Origin: Octopus sinensis
Lineage: Eukaryota
DNA length: 64,000 bases
Reading direction: 5' to 3'
Assembly: GCF_006345805.1 (NCBI RefSeq)
Contig: NC_043017.1
Location: 8,370,001-8,434,000 of the forward strand
Within the stretch, counting starts at the first letter, position 1. Each line of letters opens with the position of its first letter. Below, piece after piece: positions 24,990 to 37,006 of the stretch. Below the pieces are notes generated by a model that saw only the letters and a list, made by a program, of their open reading frames with translations, was not told the DNA's origin and ran no database searches. The position numbers were made by a program, and so were the translations under genes.

Positions 24990-25450
24990 ATTTATCATTT
25001 CTGTCTTTGAACATTTAATAACCAGACCAGCCGTGTTTCCCTTCATTTAATAAACTATCCAATATGAGTTGCAGGTCTTCTGATGTTCCAAATTGTCAGC
25101 TCAATCTAGGTCAGCCAGTAAGCATCTTATTGTCCATCCTCTGTACTCCACAAACCCTTCCCTTCAAAATTTTCTCTATCACATAATGAGTCACAAGCAC
25201 AAATACAAGACAGACACTATGCCTCCCTGAATCGCACCAGACTTGACCCCAAAAGGTCCCACTGAGCAGGTGATTGACACTGGGTTCATTCATAAACATG
25301 GAAATTTTGTCTGTATATTTTTGAATCGTATCATGTCTTCTCATTATCTGTGGCAATGCTTGTTGAGATATTCTATTGAAAGCCTTATGGAATTCAACAA
25401 TGCTTAACAGCCTCCTCATTTCATTTGCTTTTTGTATCATATTGTAAAGA
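24990..25450 (-). mobile_element. Degraded RTE-like reverse transcriptase fragment
   Basis: LLSIVEFHKAFNRISQQALPQIMRRH (KAFD motif), LD*ADN (YADD-like) and GLVIKCSKTEM (GL.IN..KT motif). Confidence 0.7.
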
Positions 25451-25681
25451 TGTGAATTCAAACACATCACATCAGAGAGTAGCTGTCTGTGTATGTGTGT
25501 GTGTATACACACACTCATTAAAAAATATGTAGTGGCCATTATTTATGTCTTGTCTTGTGTATATGTATATATATATACCGGAGTAAACACATAAATGTGA
25601 AACAAGGTGGAAAAAAGAGTACTCAAATACCAGTGGTAGAGTAATATGCTTTATTTAAAGCAGCAGAAAATTCAACAAAAC

Positions 25682-25719
25682 CTGTTACTCTGAGTTTCCC
25701 GTTACCGTTCATCAGACAG
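25682..25719 (-). ncRNA. Minimal type-I hammerhead ribozyme motif (intact core)
   Basis: Minus strand: stem I CTGT / CTGATGA / ACG-GTAA-CGG / GAAA / stem III ACTC-A-GAGT / A17 (GUA site) / ACAG. Confidence 0.75.
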
Positions 25720-25737
25720 TTTTTTTGCTAGCAAAAA

Positions 25738-25775
25738 CTGTCCGATGAACAGCAACGGGAAACTCAGAGTAACAG
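25738..25775 (+). ncRNA. Minimal type-I hammerhead motif (degenerate: U4C, weakened stem II)
   Basis: CTGT / CCGATGA / ACA-GCAA-CGG / GAAA / CTCAGAGT A / ACAG. Confidence 0.6.
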
Positions 25776-25810
25776 GTTTTGTTGAATTTTCTGCTGCTTT
25801 AAATAAAGTG

Positions 25811-25848
<38 letters not shown>

Positions 25849-26034
25849 ATAATAAAGGCAGCTATACACAATATAAAAAAAATTCACTTGGAACTAATTG
25901 TGACTGAGAGTGCTGGGTAGCACCTATATTACTAGAAATAAGAGTTAAAAATCCTTAGAGCTGCAAGAAAGCACATTTTCACATACTGACAGGGGAGTAT
26001 ATATACAGGGGAGTATATATATATATATACACAC

Positions 26035-26230
26035 GCAGAGATGATAAGCTTCTGCACAATTTCCATCTACCAAATTTGCTCAAAAAACATTGGCTGACTT
26101 CGTATATGGGGGGTGGGGGGCTATTGTAGAAAACACTTGCCCAAGATGCCATGCATGCACTGTGGGACTGATCCCGAAACCACAAACTTGCAAAGCATGC
26201 TTCATAACCACGCAGCCATGCCTGCACCAC
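26035..26230 (-). mobile_element. SINE-C 5' portion
   Basis: Reverse complement of the GGC..GGCTG.GTGGTTA.GAAGC..GCTT...CCC.CAGT.CA..GGCA.CTTGGGCAAGTG head. Confidence 0.75.
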
Positions 26231-26539
26231 TCGGGGCAGATTTGAACTCACAACCTTATAAATCACCAACCAAATATCCAAGTACTTTATTGATGTGGCC
26301 ACACTCCCCAACCATGCCTCCCCCCCCCCTATGGTGTCTGTGATAAAACTAGAACACCAGAAAATAGAAGATCAGACCAGTTTTAATCATGAATTCCAGT
26401 GATTCTATCAGTTACAGGACCAGTTTTAATTTGTTGTTCCTGTTCTATTCTCGGCGTTTTACCATTTTGTAATTATTCCATCTTCATGTATAAATCAAGG
26501 AAACACCGTTATAACTTCTTATCAGAACCTTGAATGCTT

Positions 26540-26542
26540 CAT

Positions 26543-26584
<42 letters not shown>

Positions 26585-27135
26585 ATGCTTAAGAGTGTGT
26601 GAATGTAATATTTGTGTCTGCTTATATGTGTGTGTGTTTGGATTTGTGTGTATGTGTGTGTTTGCATTTTTGTGTGTGTGTGTGTGTGTGTTGATGTATG
26701 TTGTGTGTGTTTCTGTGTGTCTTTAGGTGTGTATGTGTGTTCATGCTTGTTTGCATGTGTGTGTATGTGTGTATGTATAATTATGTCTTTGTGTGTGTTT
26801 TTGTATGTGTGCATGTTTGTGTATATTTTTATGTGTTTGTGAAGTGTGTGCATATATGTATATCTGTGTGTGTGTGTGTGTGTCTCCTTGTGTGTGTATT
26901 AGAGAAGTGTGAAAAGAAGTGTGAGGTAATGTGTGTCATAGTTTCTTTCCATCTTTTTGATGATGGAAGAACTTCAATGAGAATTTAGTTTACTGAAAGA
27001 AAGATTCTTGTGTAGTTCCTGGTTGCTGTAAGGAATGACTTAGCCTCCGTCTTCTCTCTGTCGTAGAATCTCTTCACGAACAACAACAAAAAATCCAAAC
27101 TCAAGTGTAGCTAAGTTTTGAACTCATCCCATTTA

Positions 27136-27167
<32 letters not shown>

Positions 27168-27176
27168 CCTGCCTGC

Positions 27177-27237
<61 letters not shown>

Positions 27238-27291
27238 GATCTCTCTGTCTGTCTGTCTATCTGTCTATCTATCTAGTTGTCTATTTATGTG

Positions 27292-27335
<44 letters not shown>

Positions 27336-27349
27336 CTTATCTGTCTATC

Positions 27350-27391
<42 letters not shown>

Positions 27392-27423
27392 CCTATCTAC
27401 CTACCTACCTATCTATCTATCTA

Positions 27424-27489
<66 letters not shown>

Positions 27490-27805
27490 CATCCATCCAT
27501 CCATCCATCTACCTATCTATCTATCTATCTATCTATCCAGCCATGTGTCTGTCTGCCTAGGTGTCTAGCTATCTCTCTGTCTCTGTCTATTTATTAATCA
27601 TCCTACCCATCTCTCCAAAACTGGTAATAAGAAACGGAATCTATTATGGACATTTTATATATCTAATGTCGGATATTTCTTTCAAGTAGAGGAACTTTGA
27701 ATGTAAACCATTATACTTTGAATACTTGAAACTTCCAAGTATTAGACTTCCTTTTGTCTCTCTTTATCTCACTTTTCCTTCAGCTGTCTCTCTCTCTCTC
27801 TTCCC

Positions 27806-27845
<40 letters not shown>

Positions 27846-28130
27846 CTATCCTTATACATGTATATGCATGCACGCATATGCCTATCTCTTTATGTGTAGG
27901 TGTATACATATATACAACCATATATATGTAACATATATTTTAAATATATATATATACACACACACACACATACACATAAGCATACAAGTATATACATACA
28001 CTTACATATACCCATCTCTTTATGTGTATATACATGCTTTGTCATATGTAATATATACATAATATGTAATATATACATAATATATATTACATATATATAA
28101 TATATTCACACACACACACACACACACATG
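26540..28130. repeat. (TG)n, (TCTG)n/(TCTA)n and (TA)n microsatellites
   Basis: Directly visible. Confidence 0.95.
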
Positions 28131-28825
28131 AAATCTGCAATCAATCTTCTCATTGTATATACATCAGTAGAAAAAATTCCTTTTTGATTGGACTCGACTT
28201 TTTCCCCACTACCATTTATGAAATCTTCTTTGAGGCTAATTAAATCATAAAAGCATATATATCAATGATACTTATAGACTTCACCTCATTGGTATTGAAC
28301 CTCTGGTTATATTTCTCCAAACTGATGACTTTTACACCTATAAGAATCGAGTTCTTCTTCCGAAGATTGAACTCAGATTTACATCCCAGATGATGCTTGA
28401 TACTTCTTTCACAAGGATGACTCATACATGTCAGATATAAAACATATCTACTTCCAATTCGGGATATTCGACCATTCTTGATATCTCCCAGATTGTTGCC
28501 TTTGTGTGTTGGGAAGGGAACTTTCCCTTCGCATCCAACATCAATATGGATTTCACTAATTCTCTCTGGTCTGAAAATGACTCATTTGGTAAGTCAATTC
28601 TTCTCGTTACTTTCCCCTCTCTTAGATGCCTAATTAAACATATCTTCTTAAGATGTTTTATATCTATATCCATAAATCCATGTATGTGTGTATCCGTCCA
28701 TGCACGACCTTTGACTATTTCTATCCAGAGGGTTTTTAACTCAATGTATATATGGCGGTGCTCCAGCATGGCCACAGTCAAATGACTGAAACAAGTAAAA
28801 GAATAAAAGAATATATTTATTTATG

Positions 28826-29140
28826 ATGTGACTTAGTGGTTAGGGCATTTGGCTCATGATTGTAAGGTCTTGAGTTCAATTCTTGGTGACGCTTTGTTTC
28901 CTTGAGCAAGACACTTTATTTCACATTGCTTCAGTCTACTCAGCTGGTGAAAATGAGTTGTACCTGTAATACAAAGGGGCCAGCCTTGTTACATTCTGTG
29001 TCACGCTGAATCTCCTTGAGAATTACATTAAGGGTAAGCATGTCTGTGGAGTCCTCAACCACTTACATGTTAATTTCACGAGCTGGCTGTCCTGTTGATC
29101 GGAGCAACTGGAACATGCATTGTTATAACAGATAAAGTGC
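28826..29140 (+). mobile_element. tRNA-derived CORE-like SINE family D; further copies at 51345-51655, 38955-39135 and 32535-32760
   Basis: TAGTGGTTAGGGCATTTGGCTCATGAT.GTAAG...GAGTTCAATTC head plus CTTGAGCAAGACACTTTATTTCAC.TTGCT core. Confidence 0.85.
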
Positions 29141-29385
29141 CACCAACCACCCAGCCAACCACCCAGCCAACCACCCAGCCAACCACCCAGCCAACCACCC
29201 TGTCACCCATCAACCACCCAGCCAACCACCCAGCCAACCACCCTGTCAACCATCAACCACTCAGCCAACCACCCAGCCAACCTCCCTGTCAACCATCACC
29301 CATCAACCACCCGGCCAACCACCTAGCTAACCACCCAGCCAACCACCCAGCCATCCACCCAGCCACCCAGAAAGAAACCAACCAA
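29141..29385. repeat. 12-bp minisatellite (CCAACCACCCAG)n
   Basis: Directly visible tandem units. Confidence 0.85.
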
Positions 29386-30806
29386 AGCCGGAAATATTAA
29401 GAAGTCTGTTTTATTGTTTTTAGACACAATTGTAGAATGCATTGATTTTTGTTTGTTTAAAGACATATGGATTGGGGTGGTGGGGAACTGTGGTGTGGTG
29501 TGTGAGGGGATGTGATGGTGGTGGTGGTGGTTAAAGGGTAGGATGGGTATACACCTGGATTGAGATGAGTGGAATGGGATGGTGTGGTCGAGTATGTAGA
29601 TAAGATGTGGTGTAGGCTGGTTGATGGCATGGAAGTGGGATGGGTGATGGGGTAGGACAGGTTAGGTAGATGGGGTGAGAGTGGAACAGGTGATTGGTTG
29701 GGAGTGGGAGGGGTAGTGGGGGTTAGGAGAGGTTGGGTGACGGGGTGGGGTATGCTGTCAGATGAGGGTGGCTGTGGTGGTGGTGGCAGTGTGGGACAGG
29801 GTGGGTGGAATGGGAGGATGGAATGGTGTAGTAGGGTATGCAGATGGGGTGGAGGTAGGACAAGATGAGTGATGGGGTGACACTGCAGTGTTGTGGAAAC
29901 ACTTAAATGAATTGGGGTGAGAAGGGTGGATGGATTTGTGGGATGGGGTGAGATTGGAAGGGGTGGTGGCATGGCACATGTAGATGGAATCAGGTGGTGA
30001 TATGAGGGTAGATGTGTGGTGTTGCATTCTGAAAGTGAATGAGGCAAGATGGAGGTATGGGATTGATGGATAGGAATGGTGGAGTGAAGTTGGACTTGTG
30101 GACAGGGAGGGGGTAGGTTTGTTGGGTTAAAGTTGTGGTGGGTGGATAAAGTAGAGGGTGTGGCGTGGAGGTTGCTGGGGTGGGTTGTTGCTGTTTAGTT
30201 CCAAATTAGCCCTGATCCAGCCTGACCTCTGATCAAAAGTATTCCAGCTGTGGCTATCCTGTAGCCTTTGTATATCAGAGAAATACAACATTGTCTAATG
30301 GTTGCCCTTCTTTGTTTAAATCAACAGAGTGTAATTTTGGAGAGATTTAGCTTTTATTTCTAGCAAATCTAGAAACCATATAGAAGGTCTCTTGTTGTGA
30401 TATAATTTAAGTGGGACAAATTGTGTGAAAAGAGGAGTGATATGGCAAAGGTAGGTTCTCATGGTTTGGGTATGTTGGCAAATTGAAGGGGACAGAGTTA
30501 GGTAAGGGTTGAGGCTTGGGGGTTAAGTTATTTAGAATAAATTAGATTGGGCTTTTAACCTCTTAAATTCAATTCTCACATGAAATATAATTATACTTAT
30601 TACCAACCACCATCAACACCACCACCACCATCATCATCATCACTACCATCATCATCACCACCACCACCATCGTTATCATCACTGCCATCATCATCATCAT
30701 CATCACCATATCATCACAATCATAATCACTATCAACTACAAGAACACTTCCATCATCATTGACATCATCATCATCACAACCATACTGATTATTCATCACC
30801 ATCTAC

Positions 30807-30841
<35 letters not shown>

Positions 30842-31161
30842 ATACTACTACTACTGTCATCACCATCATCATCATCATCATCATTTTTGTGATCTTTATC
30901 ATCATTGTCATCAATATCTTTATTCTTGTTGCTGTCATCACGTCTAACCATTATTACTCGCCATCTTCACTACCACCACCACCACCACCATCAAACCCCC
31001 ACCAATACCCCCACTCCCATCACCAACCACAACAACTTCCACAACATCATCACCTATGTCTATTACCATTATATTAATGCATTTTTCAATCTGACTTTTT
31101 GCCAAAATATTTCCTGTGTTTTCTTGATGTTTCCTAAAAAATATTGTGTGTGTGTGTGTGT

Positions 31162-31198
<37 letters not shown>

Positions 31199-31467
31199 TG
31201 CTAAATGAGTGTATATACGTTTATCTGCATATATGTGTTTTTCTGTTTATGTTTTGTGTGCGTATATATATAAATATATATATGATATATACTATATTCA
31301 TTTATTACATACATGAATAAGCATAACATGTATGCACATTCATACACACACTCACACACACACAATATATATATTCTATATTCATATACTATATATGTAT
31401 GCATAAGCATAGGATGTACACACACTATATATAAGCATATATGTATCTGTGTGTGTGTGCATGAATG

Positions 31468-31512
<45 letters not shown>

Positions 31513-31556
31513 CACATACATGCACCCTTCTGTGTATCTACATATAAACATAAATA

Positions 31557-31613
<57 letters not shown>

Positions 31614-31746
31614 GTAAATATGCATGTATGTATACATATAAGTACATATGTCAAGTTTTTCTCTGCATATAAGCAGAACATGTGTGAATATTAATATACA
31701 TGTATGTGTGTGTATCTATATATGTGTTTGTACATATATATATAGC

Positions 31747-31795
<49 letters not shown>

Positions 31796-32119
31796 CTATA
31801 AGGTGTTAACTAACAGTTCGATTTTAATGCCTTTTCCCCTATTTTTTGATGTAGTGGCAATGGAGTTAATAATAATAATAGAAATAGTAGTGGTGGTGGT
31901 GGTACTGGTGGTGGTGGTGATGGCAGTAGTGTTGTTGGTGGTGGTGATGGCAGTAGTGTTGTTGGTGGTGTTGTTGGTGGTGTTGGTGGTGGTGGTGTGT
32001 ATTCAGTGTTCTCTACCTTTTAATTAACGAACACAATCTATAATATTAATCTTTGTCTTCTTAATTATGTTGACAGGAGTGGCAGAATGGCTGATGTTAC
32101 CCACACACATATGCGTGTG

Positions 32120-32176
<57 letters not shown>

Positions 32177-32849
32177 ATTGGCAATTATGTGTATCTGTGT
32201 GTGTGTGTGTGTGTGTATGTATACATTATATACGCACACAAATAAATGTAGACATGCTCATACATGCACACACACACACATATATAAACACACATTCATA
32301 CACAAATGTGCATACATATACACATGCATGAACACACACACACATACACCTACGTGTTCACACATATACATACACACACTTTGAAAGACTGGCGAAGACA
32401 TTATTCTTGTCTGCCTCAGTTTCCAGTTTCTTATGGCTGTGTATATACACATTCTTATGCTGTGTACAGTGTGTATATGTGTATGTTTGCTCCCGTCTGT
32501 TTGTGTGTATAATGTGTGTGTATGTGTGTGTGAGGGTGCATGGCCTAGTGGTTAAGGTGTTGTACTTGCGATTGCAAGATCAGGGTTTCAATCCCTAGAC
32601 TGGGTGGTACATTGTGTTCTTGAGCAAAAACTCTTTGTCTCATGTTGTTCTGCGATCACTTCAACACCTGATGCATGGGCACACCATCCACCTGTTCAGA
32701 CAATGTTGATTTGATGGAGAGAGTGGTGAGCTAATGTGCAGCACATGCATTGGTGCAGGTCGTTCTGTAAATGCTGAACATGCATACATCATCTTCAATG
32801 GGAGAACCCATCATATATATACATATGTGTATATATATATATATACACT

Positions 32850-33405
32850 TTTAATTTCATGCATGACGCAATTCACTCTGCCAGATATTTGGAAACGACA
32901 TGCTGTACTGCTTGGCAGTCATGCTGGAAGCTCCATTATAAACATTTCAGAGTGTTTGGGTGCCAGTCTAAGGACATGTACCAAGACTGATAAAAATCAA
33001 ACATCCAGTCAGCATCATGGTGTTTCGGGTAATCACTTGTGATGGCGATGTTATGCCTCTATTCATCTTCCCACACAGTCTCAAGCTCAACATGGAGGCC
33101 TTCATCAAGTGCCTGAAGGAGGTAGTGCTGTCCTGGGTCAAGAGGGTGGCTACTGGAAGACCCTATGCCTGGTAACAGGACTCTGCACCATGCCACACAA
33201 GCAGGAGAACCCAGTCATGGCTGTCAGACAATTTCTGCGATCACACCACCCCTAAAATCTGTTCATCTAACTCCCTAGACTGCAACCGCCTTAATTAATA
33301 CGTGTGAGGCACATTTGAGCAAAAGACCAACAAAGCTCCTTGTAGCACCAAAGGTGAACTGAAGGCAAAGATTATGGCAGCATTCACCAACTTAAACAAG
33401 GAGAC
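32850..33405 (+). mobile_element. Tc1/mariner DD37D (maT-type) transposase remnant with an internal deletion
   Basis: KHPVSIMVF.VIT.DGDVMP...W*QDSAPCHTSRRTQSWLSDNFCDH..P.I.S.NSLDCNRLN; 37 residues between the second D and the (mutated) third D position. Confidence 0.85.
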
Positions 33406-33519
33406 AAGCCTTGTTGAAAATCCAACGAAGGAACCTTGGATCTAGGTTAGAAATCGGCTCTTTCTCTATTGGCAAGAAATCTTGAAATAAAACTGAATAA
33501 TGACTTGCACACACACACA

Positions 33520-33845
33520 CGCACCTAGTAGAGGGATACCATGGGAAAGGAAGATCCCCAGCTAAGGTATAAGGATAGGTTGAAGTAATAATCGTTGAAA
33601 TTCCTACAGCTTAATGTAACATGTTGGGAAAGTATTTGCTTAGATCGATCTGAGTGGCATAAAATGCATCACGATGCTTCTAAGCAATTTGCGCTGAAGA
33701 AACAGAACAATAAAAGAACGATATCCTGTAATCAAGAGATACATTTTGTCCAGTCTCAGGCAAAATCAAAATTGTCAGTGTCTCCATTGTGACTTCATAG
33801 CAAAATCCATTCCTGGACTCAAATTACATTCAACACATCCATCAC
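33520..33845 (+). mobile_element. RTE LINE ORF2 C-terminal fragment
   Basis: QLRYKDRLK..LKFLQLNVTCWESICLDRSEWH, followed by a C.HCDFIAKS..GLK.H zinc-finger-like tail. Confidence 0.7.
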
Positions 33846-35084
33846 AAATAGATGCAGTTTCTGCTTTTTATAATCTCCTTTTTTCTTTTCCTTATAATCC
33901 TTTCCTTCAGACACTCATACATTGAAATCAGTGAAAGTGATCATTATCATATATATATATATTATATATATATATATATACATATATATATACACCCATT
34001 TCTTGGTTCTTTTTTCTTTCAAGACTTTTTCACTGTTCACTTCCTGTGCATATTCTATGAACTGTTCATGCAATTTTGGTTACTTTTTCTGATGAGTTCT
34101 AGTGCACCAGAGCACTGTATACATTAAGTTCATTATATATCATCATCACCATCATTTAATGTCCATTGTCCAAGTTTGACCAGAACTTTCAAGCTGGAGA
34201 GCTGCCCCAGACTCTGGTCTGTTTTTGGCATGGTTTCTACACTTGGATGCCCTTCCTAATGTCAACCACTTTACAGAGTGTGTTGGATGCTTTTACATGG
34301 CACCATACGGGTGCTTTTACGTGATGCTGCATGGACACTTCTATGTGGCACTACATGAGTGCTTTTATGTGGCACCACATATATATGTTGGTGGTCAATC
34401 CTTGATCAGCCTTGATTTATTTATAATGTCTGTTATGACCAAAGACATTCGAGATGAAGCCATCTTGCTGCTTGTCTAATATTGAAGACTGTCTTGTCCG
34501 AAATGTTCTCCTTGCGACCAGACACCAGTTATTTATTTAACTACTCTCAATTGTTATTTGAAAGGAAATCACTTGCTCTTTCTATCAGGTCTGTGTGTTG
34601 ACTCTTGTGTGTGTGTATATGAGTGTATGTGTGTGTGTGTATTTTATGTGTGGACACGCACAAACATCAAAATGTATATAAATGCATACAACCACTTTGT
34701 CATACACAAACACACGCACAAACACACACTCACACATACATATATACATGCACACACAGCTTTATGATCACCTACAATCACCACTATTATCAGCAGTAAT
34801 AACCACATCTATCAAAATCACGTTAACCACCACCACTACCACCACCACCACTACCACCGCCACCACCACCACCATCACTACCACCACCACCACCATCACC
34901 ACCACCACCACCACCACCACCATCACCACCACCACCATCACCACCACCACTACCACCACCACTACCACCATCACCACCACCATCACCACCACCACCACCA
35001 CCACCATCACCAAATCACTGTTGTCATCGTTATCCTTCCGTTGATCAACCCGACTATTACTATTATTATTATTATTATTGTCTG

Positions 35085-35209
35085 TTATTTCAGACTAGTT
35101 GTTGTCTCAGCAATGATAAGATGTATGACAGGAGACTGATTAACTTGTGTGGAATCTTTCACGTCACTTTTGTTAACAGGCTTTTCTTTGCCAGTCTTAT
35201 CTGCAATCT
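35085..35209 (-). CDS. Candidate terminal coding exon, unknown protein
   Basis: Acceptor TATCTCCACAG| then (E)IADKTGKEKPVNKSDVKDSTQVNQSPVIHLIIAETTTSLK*; unique sequence between repeats; no homology recognised. Confidence 0.2.
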
Positions 35210-35374
35210 CTGTGGAGATATGTAGCAATAGTAACAGTACTAGTAGTAGTAGTATCGGTGGTAGTGGTGGTAGTAGTAGTAGTAATGGTGGTGGTAGTGG
35301 TGGTGGTAGTAGTAGTGGTGGTAGTGGTAGTAGTAGTTGTAGTAGTAGGAATGGTTTTAAATTTTGGCACAAGG

Positions 35375-36966
35375 CTGGCAATTTCAGGGAAGGGGGCTAG
35401 TCGACTCCTGGTACTTATTTTATTGACCCCGAAAGGATGAAAAGCAAAGTTGGCCTCGGTAGGATTGGAAATCAGAATGTAAAAACGGATGAAATGATGC
35501 AAAGCATTTTGCCCAGCTTATTAATGATTCTGACAGCTTGATGCCTTAATAAGAATAATAAGAATAATCCTTTCTACTAATGACACAAGGCCTGAAGTTT
35601 TGTGGGGAGGGGGCTACGTGATTATATTGCCCCCACTGGCGGCGAGCTGGCAGAAACGTTAGCACGCCGGGCGAAATGCGTTGCCGTATTTCGTCTACCG
35701 TTACGTTCCCAGTTCAAATTCCGCCGAGGTCGACTTTGCCTTTCATCCTTCCGGGGTCGATAAATTAAGTACCAGTTACACACTGGGGTCGATGTAATCG
35801 ACTTAATCCGTTTGTCTTTCCTTGTTTGTCTCCTCTGTGTTTAGCCCCTTGTGGGTAGTAAAGAAATATATATTGCCCCCACTGCATAAAAAAGATAATA
35901 ACTGTGCCCTTTTAAAGCATAGCCAAGCTCATGGGCCCGGTTTCCCGGTTTCTATGGTGTATGCGTTCTCCAGCTGGACGGGACGCCAGTCCATCGCAGT
36001 GTTACTCATTTTTGCCAGCTGAGTGGAGCAACGTGAAATGCCAGTTTGCTGCCTTATTCATTATATATATTGTTTCCAGTGTAGAGTAATATTACTAAGA
36101 AATATTACTGGTCTCTGGCACACTGGAAAAAAAAAAGACTGCCGGTGCGCCACATCAGATAGTTTGAGAAGCATTGGTCTATACAGCACATTCACTTCAG
36201 AGCACCACCTTCAAGTGCCAAGACAAATGTAAAACAACCCACACAACATGTATTCTACACAGTCGCCACTCAATAACGTATCCTCTTACATAATTGACAT
36301 TCAATGCCATCTAACCAACTCATCAAAACACAGCATCGACAACTTACAACTTGTGCTTCAGAAACAATTGCCAAAGATTACAATAATATAATCTGTAAAG
36401 AATATATTCTTAGCAGTCACAAACTCAATGCTAAAACATACGATGCAACTAATGCCAAACTAACCCTATCAACTGGCCCCACTGGTCTATGGATGGAATG
36501 ACTAAGCATTTCGTCCAGTGTGATAATGATTCTGCCAGCTCACCACCTTAGTAATAATAATAATAATAATAATAATAAGAAGAATAATAAAAATAATAAT
36601 AACACTATGTACAAAACCAAATATATGGCACCCTAGGCATAACACCAGCATGAACTTCCAACTTGTCTCTTGAGGTCTTTGGGTGAGACTTGGAGCCAAC
36701 TTGTACAAATGTAAAGCAAAAGTCAAACAGAAAATAATAATAGTAATAATAATCCTTTCTACTATAGGTACAAGGCCTGGAATTTTGGGGGAGGGGGCCA
36801 CTCGGCTAGATCGATCCCAGTATGCAAACTGGTACTTAATTTATTAACCCCGAAAGACTGAAAGGCAAGGCTGACCTCAGCGGAATTTGAACTCAGAATG
36901 TAAAGATGGATGAAATACTGCTAAGTATTTCACCCAACATGCTAACGATTCTCCCAGCTTGCCATC

Positions 36967-37006
<40 letters not shown>

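Larger units (their letters stand above)
25577..25808. mobile_element. Penelope-like (PLE) non-autonomous relic with an inverted pseudo-LTR palindrome, inserted in (TA)n
   Basis: Near-perfect palindrome 25649-25808 centred on GCTAGC; each arm carries a hammerhead motif; (TA)n on both flanks. Confidence 0.65.

Noticed and set aside
34480-34515. TTGAAGA...CGAAATGTT possible decayed hammerhead
   Set aside because: The core is altered and stems I and II cannot be paired convincingly.
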